Of a stretch of 62,164 bases of DNA, positions 38,312 to 46,946 are shown one piece after another. A program made the translations under genes and the position numbers. Numbering within the stretch: position 1 is the stretch's first letter; each line of letters opens with the position of its first letter. The stretch is from a virus (lineage: Duplodnaviria; Caudoviricetes): positions 1 to 62,164 of IMG/VR virus record IMGVR_UViG_3300005662_000047. The stretch is one strand, 5' to 3'. A model generated the notes under the pieces. That model did no database searches. It saw nothing but the letters and a program-made list of their open reading frames with translations, and was not told the origin of the DNA.

Positions 38312-39700
38312 TTATAATATTTGCGAAGCTAAGGTCGCTAGAGCGCTTCTCTCTCCCTTGAGCATTGTGACATGTCCAGCCAAATCATATTCTTTGAATT
38401 TTTCGATTGCATAAGTCAAGCCGCATGTATAAGCGTCGACATGAACGTTGTCTATCTGCTCTATGTCTCCTGTTAAAACAATCTTAGTTCCATCTCCCAC
38501 TCTGGTTATGATAGTCTTTAGTTCGTGCATCGTCAGGTTTTGAGCTTCATCTATGACTATAAAAGCATTGGGAATAGAACGACCTCTGATAAAAGTTATG
38601 GCTTCTATTTCTATTAGTCCTTTCTCTTGCATTAATGAAAGGTATGCATTGTTGTCTTGCTTTGCCCAAGGACCGTCAGTCTTAGTTCCTCTGACCCTAG
38701 CTAGGTTTCCTCTTTTGCTTCCCATCAAGAAATTCAGGTTGTCTTTTATAGGAGAAATCCAAGGTTCCATCTTCTCTTGCAAAGTTCCAGGCAAAAATCC
38801 TATGTCTTTTCCGACTGGCTGGACTGGCTTTGTGACTATCAACTTATCATAATGTGAGGAATCTGGACTTCCTATTCCTCTCAGCTGTTCTAGCGCGGCG
38901 GCTAGGGCCAAAAGAGTTTTTCCACTACCGCTCAACCCTACTAACGTTAACAACTTTATGTCTGGATCAAACAACAGGTCCAACGAAAATGCCTGTTCTT
39001 TATTACGAGGTTTCAACCCAAAAACATTATCATATTTCTTGATTGGAACCAATGTCTTAATTCCATCGATTATTTTTAGTTTGGATATCGCAGACTTGAT
39101 GGTCTTTTCATTTTCTATGCATTTTGTTATGACAATCTGATTCGGGTATTTCGCGTTGGGATTATCTATGACTAATTTTTCTTTTATATAAAACTCGTCA
39201 ACTTCATCTTCAGAAACTTCTATGACCTCGACTCCCCTGTAGAATTTCTTGGGATCGCTAGTTACCCTCATCTTCAAGTAGTCTTCTGACGCTATTCCTA
39301 GAGCATCGCACTTTATCCTGACGTTGATGTCTTTAGAGACTAAAATATAAGACTTAGGAAGCCCTAACATCAGACTGATGATGAGATTGTCAGCTTTACT
39401 GGTGTCTAGTTCTAGTGGCAATTTTTCTTTTGCAACTTCAGGTTGTATTGACACTACTCTCAATGTTCCACCGTCAAGTAAGCTTACCCCTGAGATCAAG
39501 CTATTACCACTTGATCTCATCGAGTCCAAGGTTCTACTGACTTGTCTAGCGTTGTGACCTACTTCATCCATCCTACTCTTATGATGGTCTAATTCTTCCA
39601 AGACTATCATCGGTATGATGACATCGTTGTCTTCGAATGAATTAATCGCATTGGGATCGCTGAGCAGGACGTTTGTGTCTAAGACATAAGTTTTTTTCAT
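38312..39700 (-). CDS. phoH: PIN domain-PhoH ATPase (PhoH2/YlaK-like)
   Basis: VLDTNVL, LEELD, ADN, SKDINVRIK (PIN); GLSGSGKT, IGFLPG, RGRS, IDEAQN, TRVG, GD..QID (PhoH). Confidence 0.93.
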   Translation of the reverse strand: MKKTYVLDTNVLLSDPNAINSFEDNDVIIPMIVLEELDHHKSRMDEVGHNARQVSRTLDSMRSSGNSLISGVSLLDGGTLRVVSIQPEVAKEKLPLELDTSKADNLIISLMLGLPKSYILVSKDINVRIKCDALGIASEDYLKMRVTSDPKKFYRGVEVIEVSEDEVDEFYIKEKLVIDNPNAKYPNQIVITKCIENEKTIKSAISKLKIIDGIKTLVPIKKYDNVFGLKPRNKEQAFSLDLLFDPDIKLLTLVGLSGSGKTLLALAAALEQLRGIGSPDSSHYDKLIVTKPVQPVGKDIGFLPGTLQEKMEPWISPIKDNLNFLMGSKRGNLARVRGTKTDGPWAKQDNNAYLSLMQEKGLIEIEAITFIRGRSIPNAFIVIDEAQNLTMHELKTIITRVGDGTKIVLTGDIEQIDNVHVDAYTCGLTYAIEKFKEYDLAGHVTMLKGERSALATLASQIL

Positions 39701-39762
39701 GTTGAAATAAAGTCTTGTTTGAACAATAAAGCTTTTTTGGCTAAAGTATAAACATTATAGTA

Positions 39763-40029
39763 ATGAAAAAGAGAATTAGGCTACAAGTTTTAGATTCTGC
39801 TTCTAACAAATGTTTTGATATCCACGAAAAATACGTCGTAGCCTGTCAAAAACTAGATTGTAAAAATCACATTATCGATTCTAACAATCAAAATTGTGTG
39901 ATTGTAGCAGCTAAAAAAGGGCCACACACTTTGCAAAACATAGGCAAAATATATGGCCTTACCAGAATGAGAATTTGTCAAATAGAAAAAAATATTATAG
40001 AGAAGTTAAAAAATTCAATTGTCCTTTGA
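39763..40029 (+). CDS. stand-alone sigma70 region 4 HTH protein with Cys-rich N-terminus
   Basis: TLQNIGKIYGLTRMRICQIEKNIIEKLK matches the TLEEVG..F.VTRERIRQIE..AL.KLR pattern. Confidence 0.82.
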   Translation: MKKRIRLQVLDSASNKCFDIHEKYVVACQKLDCKNHIIDSNNQNCVIVAAKKGPHTLQNIGKIYGLTRMRICQIEKNIIEKLKNSIVL

Positions 40030-40311
40030 AGCTTGTTTCTTTTGAAAGCCTTTCTTTTTAGGCTTTTCTATTATTACTTCTTCTTGAGGTTGTATTTTTT
40101 CTTCTAAAACTTGAACTTCTTTTTCTAATGTTAGAGGCTCTTCTATTACCACTGGAACCTCTTGTTTTTCTTCTTTTGTTGGAGTCTTTGGTGCAAACTT
40201 CAACTTTTCTTTTTCGGTTAATTCTCCGACTTTAGATACTTTTGTGTATTTTTTTTGTGGATCTAATCCATGTTTTAAAATGTCTCGTAATATAGCTTTT
40301 TGAGCTGGCAT
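40015..40311 (-). CDS. hypothetical Lys/Glu-rich protein
   Basis: GAGG RBS, 98-aa ORF. Confidence 0.65.
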   Translation of the reverse strand: MPAQKAILRDILKHGLDPQKKYTKVSKVGELTEKEKLKFAPKTPTKEEKQEVPVVIEEPLTLEKEVQVLEEKIQPQEEVIIEKPKKKGFQKKQASKDN

Positions 40312-40328
40312 TAGTACCTCTTATAATG

Positions 40329-40356
40329 ATTGTGGCCGATCTTTGTCGGCCACAAT
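40329..40356 (-). terminator. hairpin/terminator after Hc1-like gene
   Basis: ATTGTGGCCGA-tctttg-TCGGCCACAAT inverted repeat. Confidence 0.65.
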
Positions 40357-40371
40357 TTTACTTGTTAAGTA

Positions 40372-40575
40372 TCACTTAGTCTCTTTAGAATCCTTCTCTA
40401 AAGTCAATGTGACCTTGACAAGGTCACCAGCCTTCTTCTTTAGTTCTCTCAATGCTTTTCTGACTCTAACACCGGCCGCGGCAACTCCCTTAGCCGATTT
40501 TGCTACGTCATGATCTAATGACTCTACAAGGCTCTTTACTTCACTCCACTTTGCCAAAACTTCATTATCAGACAT
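40372..40575 (-). CDS. histone H1-like (Hc1-family) small basic protein
   Basis: D..K..KGVAAAGVRVRKALRELKK resembles the Hc1-family GNKAAG.RARK motif; GGAGG RBS. Confidence 0.75.
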   Translation of the reverse strand: MSDNEVLAKWSEVKSLVESLDHDVAKSAKGVAAAGVRVRKALRELKKKAGDLVKVTLTLEKDSKETK

Positions 40576-40631
40576 TATAAAAAACCTCCAAATTACAAAT
40601 TTAATTGTTTCTAAAAATAGTAAAATTTACC

Positions 40632-42287
40632 TTACGACGTCTTAAAGTCGCTAGGAAACATATTATAATTCATTCTGAAAAAACGTTCCCAATCTGAATC
40701 TAATATGTATGAAACTGCATGATCGTTCTCATTCCTAATTGACCTTCCCAAAGATTGTATTATGGATTTTGCTGTCATGTAAGGATACCAGAATTTATTC
40801 TTCTCCATTCTTTTTTTGACCACTAAATCTCCCAAATAAGGAAAAGGTACTTTACAAATTATTTGGAATCTACTTAAATCATCATATAAATCAACACCTT
40901 CCATCATGGATGGACTCAACAGCACTGTTGGATCTTCGCTAGATATATGAGATTTTAGTATTGCGTCTCTATTGGATGAATCATGTAACATTAACCTAGA
41001 ATTTTTGATATTTTCTTGCAAAAATTTAGCAATTTTGTAGTTGGTACAATGAATAATTCCTTTTTCATTAGGATGTTTTTCTAGTAACATACTAACGACC
41101 TCAACCACTTTTGGTAAAGTAGAGTCTATTTGCGATTTAGACATTGAACCAACAGGTAAATAATGAATTGGACGATTGCTAACTGGAAATGGAGAAGGTA
41201 TTGACAAAAATGCTACGTCTTTTTCTTGTATGCCTAAAGAATCGCAAAATATTTCTTTATTCACTATTGTGGCCGACATCAATAAGATCTTATGGCCTAA
41301 TCTAAAAAATGAAGACTCAGAGTATGGTGAAATATCAATCGGTTTGAATTCATATTTTTTACCTGCTTTTTTGCTGTCATAAGGAGGTAAAGCCACATTC
41401 ATAATCCAATTTTCAGGTTTGTAAGCTTCTATGAAACGATTGATCTTACAAATGTGTTTATCCAACATTTCATACTGTTTGGAATAAGTGCCATATCCTT
41501 CTATGTCTCCACTCAATTTTGCAAGAGCTTTCTCTACGTCGTTGATGTATTTGGCAAGGCACTTCTTATACGTAGTTTTAATCCAATCATAGATGGATTC
41601 TTGAGACTCCGATCGTGGTAGTTTACATTTCAAAACTTCTTTAGCAAACTTTTCTGAAAAAGTAACTTCAATAAATTTTCCTAGTTCCGCTTCTGTGTTG
41701 TGGGCTTCGTCAACCACCAACATATTTCTAGGTTCCAACTTGCCAGCATACATAGATTCTGCAAGTATGTAAGGAAAATTAGTAACAGCCAACGGAGAGT
41801 CTATGAACTCTTGTTTTTCGATAGAGTATTGACATTGTTGTTTACAATGCTTTTGAAATTCTGTTCCATTTAATTGCTTTGCAAGTTTAGACAAAACTCT
41901 CTTAGATTCAGCACATGACTGATCTTGATAGAAAGAACAGACATAATTGTTGGAAGACTTAATGGATTTTACTAACCCTTTTCCACAAGAGGGGCCAAAA
42001 TCTCTCAAATACTGTTCTTGCAAAATCTTTTGAGTGGTGACAACGTAGGCCCCTGTCAGCAAGTCTCCATTTTCATTTTTTACTTTTTCACCGTGAGCAT
42101 CAATGTACCTAGCTATAGTGATTCCTGTAGCAGACTTGCCTACACCCGTACCTAGTTCTAAAATGACATATCTCTTTTTTTCATTTATGAAAGAATGAAT
42201 AGCAAAATTAATTGCATCTTCTTGCTCTTTACGTACCTTATTAAAAGGGAAGAATTGTTTCCAATCTTCAATCGTGATTTTCTTCAT
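40632..42287 (-). CDS. DinG/XPD-family Fe-S helicase
   Basis: Q motif RKEQ, GTGVGKS, four Cys (C..C..C..C), VVDEAH, MSAT, EGVD, KVPFP, QSLGRSIR. Confidence 0.92.
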   Translation of the reverse strand: MKKITIEDWKQFFPFNKVRKEQEDAINFAIHSFINEKKRYVILELGTGVGKSATGITIARYIDAHGEKVKNENGDLLTGAYVVTTQKILQEQYLRDFGPSCGKGLVKSIKSSNNYVCSFYQDQSCAESKRVLSKLAKQLNGTEFQKHCKQQCQYSIEKQEFIDSPLAVTNFPYILAESMYAGKLEPRNMLVVDEAHNTEAELGKFIEVTFSEKFAKEVLKCKLPRSESQESIYDWIKTTYKKCLAKYINDVEKALAKLSGDIEGYGTYSKQYEMLDKHICKINRFIEAYKPENWIMNVALPPYDSKKAGKKYEFKPIDISPYSESSFFRLGHKILLMSATIVNKEIFCDSLGIQEKDVAFLSIPSPFPVSNRPIHYLPVGSMSKSQIDSTLPKVVEVVSMLLEKHPNEKGIIHCTNYKIAKFLQENIKNSRLMLHDSSNRDAILKSHISSEDPTVLLSPSMMEGVDLYDDLSRFQIICKVPFPYLGDLVVKKRMEKNKFWYPYMTAKSIIQSLGRSIRNENDHAVSYILDSDWERFFRMNYNMFPSDFKTS

Positions 42288-42298
42288 AAGAAAAAGAA

Positions 42299-42326
42299 AT
42301 CCTCAGAGGAATCATCCTCTGAGGAT
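42299..42326 (-). terminator. intrinsic terminator after clpP
   Basis: ATCCTCAGAGGA-atca-TCCTCTGAGGAT followed by TTCTTTTT on the minus strand. Confidence 0.8.
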
Positions 42327-42355
42327 ACTAACATTCGGATTGACAGGATTACACG

Positions 42356-42967
42356 TTACATTCCTATAATTTTATCTACAATTCCTAGCTTGACTGCTTC
42401 TTCTGGTGTGACATAATAATCATGACCTGACTTCATGATGTTTTCAATTTGTTCCTTGGACATACTAGATTCTTTTTGTAAAGAATTAACCATGAGGTCT
42501 TGAAGCCTCTTGAATTCGGTTGTTTCACTCATCGACTCGAATACATTACCGTAAAATCCACCGGAAATAGGATGCATCATTAATCTAGCCGAAGATCCAA
42601 TTAACCGCTTTCCTTTCACTCCTGATGCAAGTAGCAAAACGCCTGCTGACATAACCTTTCCCAACGCTATAGTGTGCACTGGGCAAGGCAAAAATCTGAT
42701 TGTATCATACAATGAGAACATTTCATCAACTGACCCTCCGTATGTAGATACGACCAAGTGTATTGGTTTGTGATTTTGATTGGCTAAATATAGAAGTTGA
42801 TAAACTACTGTAGAGATAGATTGTTCACTGACCCCTCCATATAACACTACTATTCTAGAATCTTCGCCTTGTTTTGGATGAGGAAGCAACGCGGTGACGT
42901 CTATGTCATCATGATCGCTCTTGCTTGCACTAGAAAAAGGATTTTTTACGCTGATAGGTCTACCCAT
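42356..42967 (-). CDS. clpP: ClpP-family serine protease
   Basis: STYGGSV, VMSAG (Ser), MMHP (His), HDYY (Asp), EAVKLGIVD; start set at ATG 42967. Confidence 0.92.
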   Translation of the reverse strand: MGRPISVKNPFSSASKSDHDDIDVTALLPHPKQGEDSRIVVLYGGVSEQSISTVVYQLLYLANQNHKPIHLVVSTYGGSVDEMFSLYDTIRFLPCPVHTIALGKVMSAGVLLLASGVKGKRLIGSSARLMMHPISGGFYGNVFESMSETTEFKRLQDLMVNSLQKESSMSKEQIENIMKSGHDYYVTPEEAVKLGIVDKIIGM

Positions 42968-43190
42968 TGTCGCTCCTTGAGATGAAAATTTCTTCTTCTG
43001 CAATTTCTTTTATTAGATCTGTCAAATCTTTTACATGCTGTATGTTTTCTAGCTCCATAGACAAAAGGTAGATCAAAAACATTTGTTGTCGTTGTGACAG
43101 ACCAATGTTCAAAATTTCTTTTACTATCTTTCTACACTCTTCGTTTTCTTTTGCTAGCTTCTCAGAGTTAAGTTGTCCGAAAGTCTGCAT
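42960..43190 (-). CDS. hypothetical protein
   Basis: 76-aa ORF in operon upstream of clpP. Confidence 0.7.
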   Translation of the reverse strand: MQTFGQLNSEKLAKENEECRKIVKEILNIGLSQRQQMFLIYLLSMELENIQHVKDLTDLIKEIAEEEIFISRSDNG

Positions 43191-43191
43191 G

Positions 43192-43680
43192 TCAGTAATT
43201 TATGACGTCTTGCCGAGTATGTGTATCTATTTTGTAGATACCTTCGTTTATTATTCTTACGTATTTTACTATTTTTAGATCAGATTCTGCATCGCTAGTC
43301 AAGACTACAAAATCACCCCAACGTTTGTTCTCTAGAATATAACTGGCATGTTCCCATGTGGGAAGGTCACAGTTATGTCTTTCTAAAATTGCTGCGAGTT
43401 TTTGATCAATAGAATTTTTTATGTCTTCTACTTTTATTATAGAAGACATGGCTTCTTTTCCATTCATAATTTCTGATTTACAAACATCGATTACTTTATG
43501 AATGACTCCGCAATTATTACATTGCACAAATTTTTGTTTAACTTCGCCATTTTCTATTTCAGAAAAAACCAAGAATTGATGTTGTATAGCCTTGTCTTTT
43601 AGTTGAGACAGTACACATCTACATTTTACCAGGTGCTTTTGTCCCAAACAATCCTTTGATGGACCACCACTTTGGTTCAT
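43192..43680 (-). CDS. hypothetical Cys-containing (zinc ribbon-like) protein
   Basis: CRC and CNNC..H..C motifs. Confidence 0.72.
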   Translation of the reverse strand: MNQSGGPSKDCLGQKHLVKCRCVLSQLKDKAIQHQFLVFSEIENGEVKQKFVQCNNCGVIHKVIDVCKSEIMNGKEAMSSIIKVEDIKNSIDQKLAAILERHNCDLPTWEHASYILENKRWGDFVVLTSDAESDLKIVKYVRIINEGIYKIDTHTRQDVINY

Positions 43681-43698
43681 TTTTTTCTTTTTTATTCT

Positions 43699-43929
43699 CT
43701 ATTTTTTTTTATTTTCTTCTAGTAATGAAACAATTGAATTAACTGTTGCATCATGGCTTTTGTTGTAACCTTCAGACAATGAAGTGTCTATAAGCTTGAA
43801 TATAGAATTCAAAGAATTATCTTCTATGTTTAGAGAACTTCTGGATGCTAGTAAATTTTTCTTTAAAGTTTCTTTTGAAAATTCTAACATTCCCCAGACA
43901 GATTTACTTACTTTATCTTTTGTAGACAT
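43699..43929 (-). CDS. hypothetical protein
   Basis: ORF; start taken at ATG 43929. Confidence 0.6.
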   Translation of the reverse strand: MSTKDKVSKSVWGMLEFSKETLKKNLLASRSSLNIEDNSLNSIFKLIDTSLSEGYNKSHDATVNSIVSLLEENKKK

Positions 43930-43974
43930 GTAATATGTATATTGCAAATTGCTGTCAAAGTAAAAGAGGAAAAA

Positions 43975-45027
43975 ATGCTTTTATCAAAAATCAAGAAAGA
44001 AAGGTTAGCTGAAGCTTCTATTAGCTTAGCCGAAATAAAAGCTACTAAAAAAATAATTTTAGAAGAGTTATCAGTAGGAAATGAGGACATCAAAAAAAAA
44101 TTGATGATGCAAATAGGAAAACACGTAAGGATTTATGGGCAAAATTTAAAACCCACATTCGAAAAAACAGAAGCAAAACAATTAGTAAGTTTTGTGGATA
44201 ACTTAGTTCTAAATTCAGAAAAATGTTTTAGAAGACTAGGCGATGATGTAAATGATAAAGAATTTTATGCAGACCTGGAAGTAATAACAGCATGGCATAA
44301 TTTAGGTTTAGCATTGGCGTATTTTTTGAAAAAAATACCTAATATAATTGCTGGATTTGAAGGCTTTTTTGCAAAAGCTGAAAGTGCTGGTCCGAAATCT
44401 CAAGACAGGCTTTTCGAAATTTTTTCTACTCAAGAAATTCGAGGAATGAAGGAAAGATTTGACAACGCTTTACGAGAACCAATCAGGGTATTAGCAGTTG
44501 TGTCTGAAGATGATTTTCAAGACAAAAAATCAGATATGAGAAAATCTCATGGAAAATTTGATGATGTGACTGCAACTATTCCTGAATTCATAGAAATGAT
44601 AAGAGATTCATATAATAATAAATCAGAAAGAGCCAGTAAAGCAGGAGTTCCTGATGTTTCGTTAGGCGTAACAGACCCTATAGACTTAGAAGCCAACAAA
44701 ATAATAGATGGTTTAGTAGATTCTACTTTTGAGTCTGTAAATGCATTGTTAGGCAATAAAAAAGTAAGACAAGAGAAGAAAAAAGGAACAATGGAGCAAA
44801 TAAAAGACTACTTGGCTCCTCCTGGTGATGAAGGCAGTCCTCACACTGCAACTTCTCAATACAATGATGCAATGAAAAAATTGTCTAAAGAAATTAAAAA
44901 TGAGATAGGTGTAGACATTCCCACCGATGACTTGAAAAAATTTGTGAAAGATGTTTTGGAGCTTATCCAAAATCGTTCAGTCAATGAAGCAGACATGCTT
45001 AAAATGATAGAGGATAGTAAAAAATAA
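43975..45027 (+). CDS. hypothetical helical protein (possible internal head protein)
   Basis: GAGGA RBS before ATG 43975; LAEA/LAEI/ILEE sites near N-terminus. Confidence 0.72.
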   Translation: MLLSKIKKERLAEASISLAEIKATKKIILEELSVGNEDIKKKLMMQIGKHVRIYGQNLKPTFEKTEAKQLVSFVDNLVLNSEKCFRRLGDDVNDKEFYADLEVITAWHNLGLALAYFLKKIPNIIAGFEGFFAKAESAGPKSQDRLFEIFSTQEIRGMKERFDNALREPIRVLAVVSEDDFQDKKSDMRKSHGKFDDVTATIPEFIEMIRDSYNNKSERASKAGVPDVSLGVTDPIDLEANKIIDGLVDSTFESVNALLGNKKVRQEKKKGTMEQIKDYLAPPGDEGSPHTATSQYNDAMKKLSKEIKNEIGVDIPTDDLKKFVKDVLELIQNRSVNEADMLKMIEDSKK

Positions 45028-45032
45028 TTTTT

Positions 45033-46220
45033 TCAACAAACTACTACACAACCTAAATCTCTTATACAATTTCTAGCTTTGTTAGCAAAAAAAATTGAAA
45101 CATATCTTGTATATGTTAACGAATTATCATTTAAAACTCCATAACTCATCATTGACGGTATCATACGTAAACAATAATCTAAACGGTGTGATATCTCAAC
45201 AAACTGAGAATCGTTCGGTATTCTGATGATTACGCAATCACTCTTAAAACATGATATTCTTTTCTCATAAATTTCTGATATATCATGATTATTTTTCATT
45301 TTATGAATGAGTTCTCTTAAGTGAATTTTTACATGATGTTTAGAAGAATTTTTCTTTATTAGAATTTTATTCTTTGAGATGCTTACTTCGTCAACTTCAG
45401 ATGAATCTTTTATAGAGACGTTAGATATCAGTTGTCCTAAATTACTGGATATTAGTTCGCATGAAGATGCTATACAGATATCCACTAAAGAATTAATACC
45501 ATTCAAATCAAATGGGACTTCAATCAAGTAAACTGAAATAGTTTTTCTATCATTGTTAACTTTTATTGTGTTGATGACATCAGGATGATATCCTCTAGTA
45601 ACTAATACCAATTGATGACCTGTAGAAACTAGACTCTCTAACAAAATATTGATCTCTGAAACAGACTCTATAAAACCATCTATGACTATGATTTTTGGTT
45701 TTATTAACTTAATAGATTTTTCGTGATATGAATGACATTCAAAAATGTATGAGTTAACTAACTCAACGTTAGTTTTGTCATTTTGGCTTTTTTCTATAGT
45801 TATTTTTCCACTAAGTCCAGCCAACTCTAAAGCAGTCAAAAGAATGTCTGCTTCTTTTGAACTGAGTTGATTTTTAATGAAATTTTCTATGTCACTCTTT
45901 TTTGGATGAAATGATTCTTGGTTAAATGAAGTTTTAATATTAGAAAATACAAAATTCTCTAAAGTTTTTTGAAAACCACCAGGAGAGATATTTTCTGCTT
46001 TATATGCATTTTCTAAAATCAAATCAAGTATGATTTGATCTAATTGATCATCCATCGTAGTTTTTAATAAGCCTTGTAAGCTAGACTTAGCTATTGGCTT
46101 TTTCTCTGTAACGATTACTTTTTGTTTATCTAAGAAATTAGATAAAAAAGTCTTAACTCTTTTTTCTGAAGAGTCTATCTCTTTTATTGAATATAATGAC
46201 ACTTCATTTATGATACTCAT
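45033..46220 (-). CDS. highly divergent GroEL/Cpn60-like protein lacking ATP-binding motifs
   Basis: ALELAGLSGKITIE, PKIIVIDGFIESVSEINILLE, LVDICIASSCELISSNLG, EKRI..VIIRI align by eye with GroEL intermediate/apical domains. Confidence 0.78.
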   Translation of the reverse strand: MSIINEVSLYSIKEIDSSEKRVKTFLSNFLDKQKVIVTEKKPIAKSSLQGLLKTTMDDQLDQIILDLILENAYKAENISPGGFQKTLENFVFSNIKTSFNQESFHPKKSDIENFIKNQLSSKEADILLTALELAGLSGKITIEKSQNDKTNVELVNSYIFECHSYHEKSIKLIKPKIIVIDGFIESVSEINILLESLVSTGHQLVLVTRGYHPDVINTIKVNNDRKTISVYLIEVPFDLNGINSLVDICIASSCELISSNLGQLISNVSIKDSSEVDEVSISKNKILIKKNSSKHHVKIHLRELIHKMKNNHDISEIYEKRISCFKSDCVIIRIPNDSQFVEISHRLDYCLRMIPSMMSYGVLNDNSLTYTRYVSIFFANKARNCIRDLGCVVVC

Positions 46221-46235
46221 AAATGAGTTATATGT

Positions 46236-46862
46236 TCACACAAATTTGATATGACTCAACAAAAATTCATATATTAGCTTCCCTGTAGCACCTAAGATAC
46301 CCGTTCCTACAGTGATAGCCAACCACCTTGTTGCAGCCGCTTGCCTTTCATACCACTTCTTTAAGTCTTTGATAACTTCAGCGTGTTCTTCTATTTTTTT
46401 TTCTATATCAGCAGATTGATTTTCACCTCGTTCTGAAGACTTTTCTTCCGAGGTTTTCCATTGTTTTATGCTTCTTATGTCTTCTTCTAAATTTTCTATT
46501 CTGCTTTCTTCGATTGAAGAATTTTCTACGTTTTTTATTCTTGCATATAATCCACTATCAGGATCATACAAGACTTCCCTTATTTCATCAACTTTTTCTA
46601 CTAATTGTTCTTGACTTTGTTCAATTTTTTCTACCTTATACATCAAAGTAGAAAATCCACCATTCATTGCCGGAGCAGACAAGATTCTGTTCTGCATCTC
46701 AAGCATTTGTTGACGATTGTGTTCTATTGCTTCTATCGCTTTTCTAGCTTCTGAAACAGGTACTTCTTCATCTAATATGATGGTTTTTCTTGGTCTACCT
46801 CTCCTCGAGGCGTTTGCATTAGAGCTACCATTACCAGATATTTTTTTCCTTGGCATGTACAA
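46236..46862 (-). CDS. AT-hook-like, coiled-coil protein with C-terminal transmembrane helix
   Basis: RRGRPRK near N-terminus; coiled coil; WLAITVGTGILGATGKLIYEFLL. Confidence 0.7.
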   Translation of the reverse strand: MYMPRKKISGNGSSNANASRRGRPRKTIILDEEVPVSEARKAIEAIEHNRQQMLEMQNRILSAPAMNGGFSTLMYKVEKIEQSQEQLVEKVDEIREVLYDPDSGLYARIKNVENSSIEESRIENLEEDIRSIKQWKTSEEKSSERGENQSADIEKKIEEHAEVIKDLKKWYERQAAATRWLAITVGTGILGATGKLIYEFLLSHIKFV

Positions 46863-46880
46863 CCTCGAGTAGCAGTGTTA

Positions 46881-46934
46881 TAAATCTTTTAAGATTTAAG
46901 CTTAAATATAATTTCTTTTAAGATCTTTAAAGAT
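46881..46934. repeat. AT-rich palindromic repeats in divergent intergenic region
   Basis: TCTTTWAAGA at 46885, 46914, 46924 plus palindrome TTTAAGCTTAAA at 46895. Confidence 0.7.
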
Positions 46935-46946
46935 TAAGAGGTAAAT

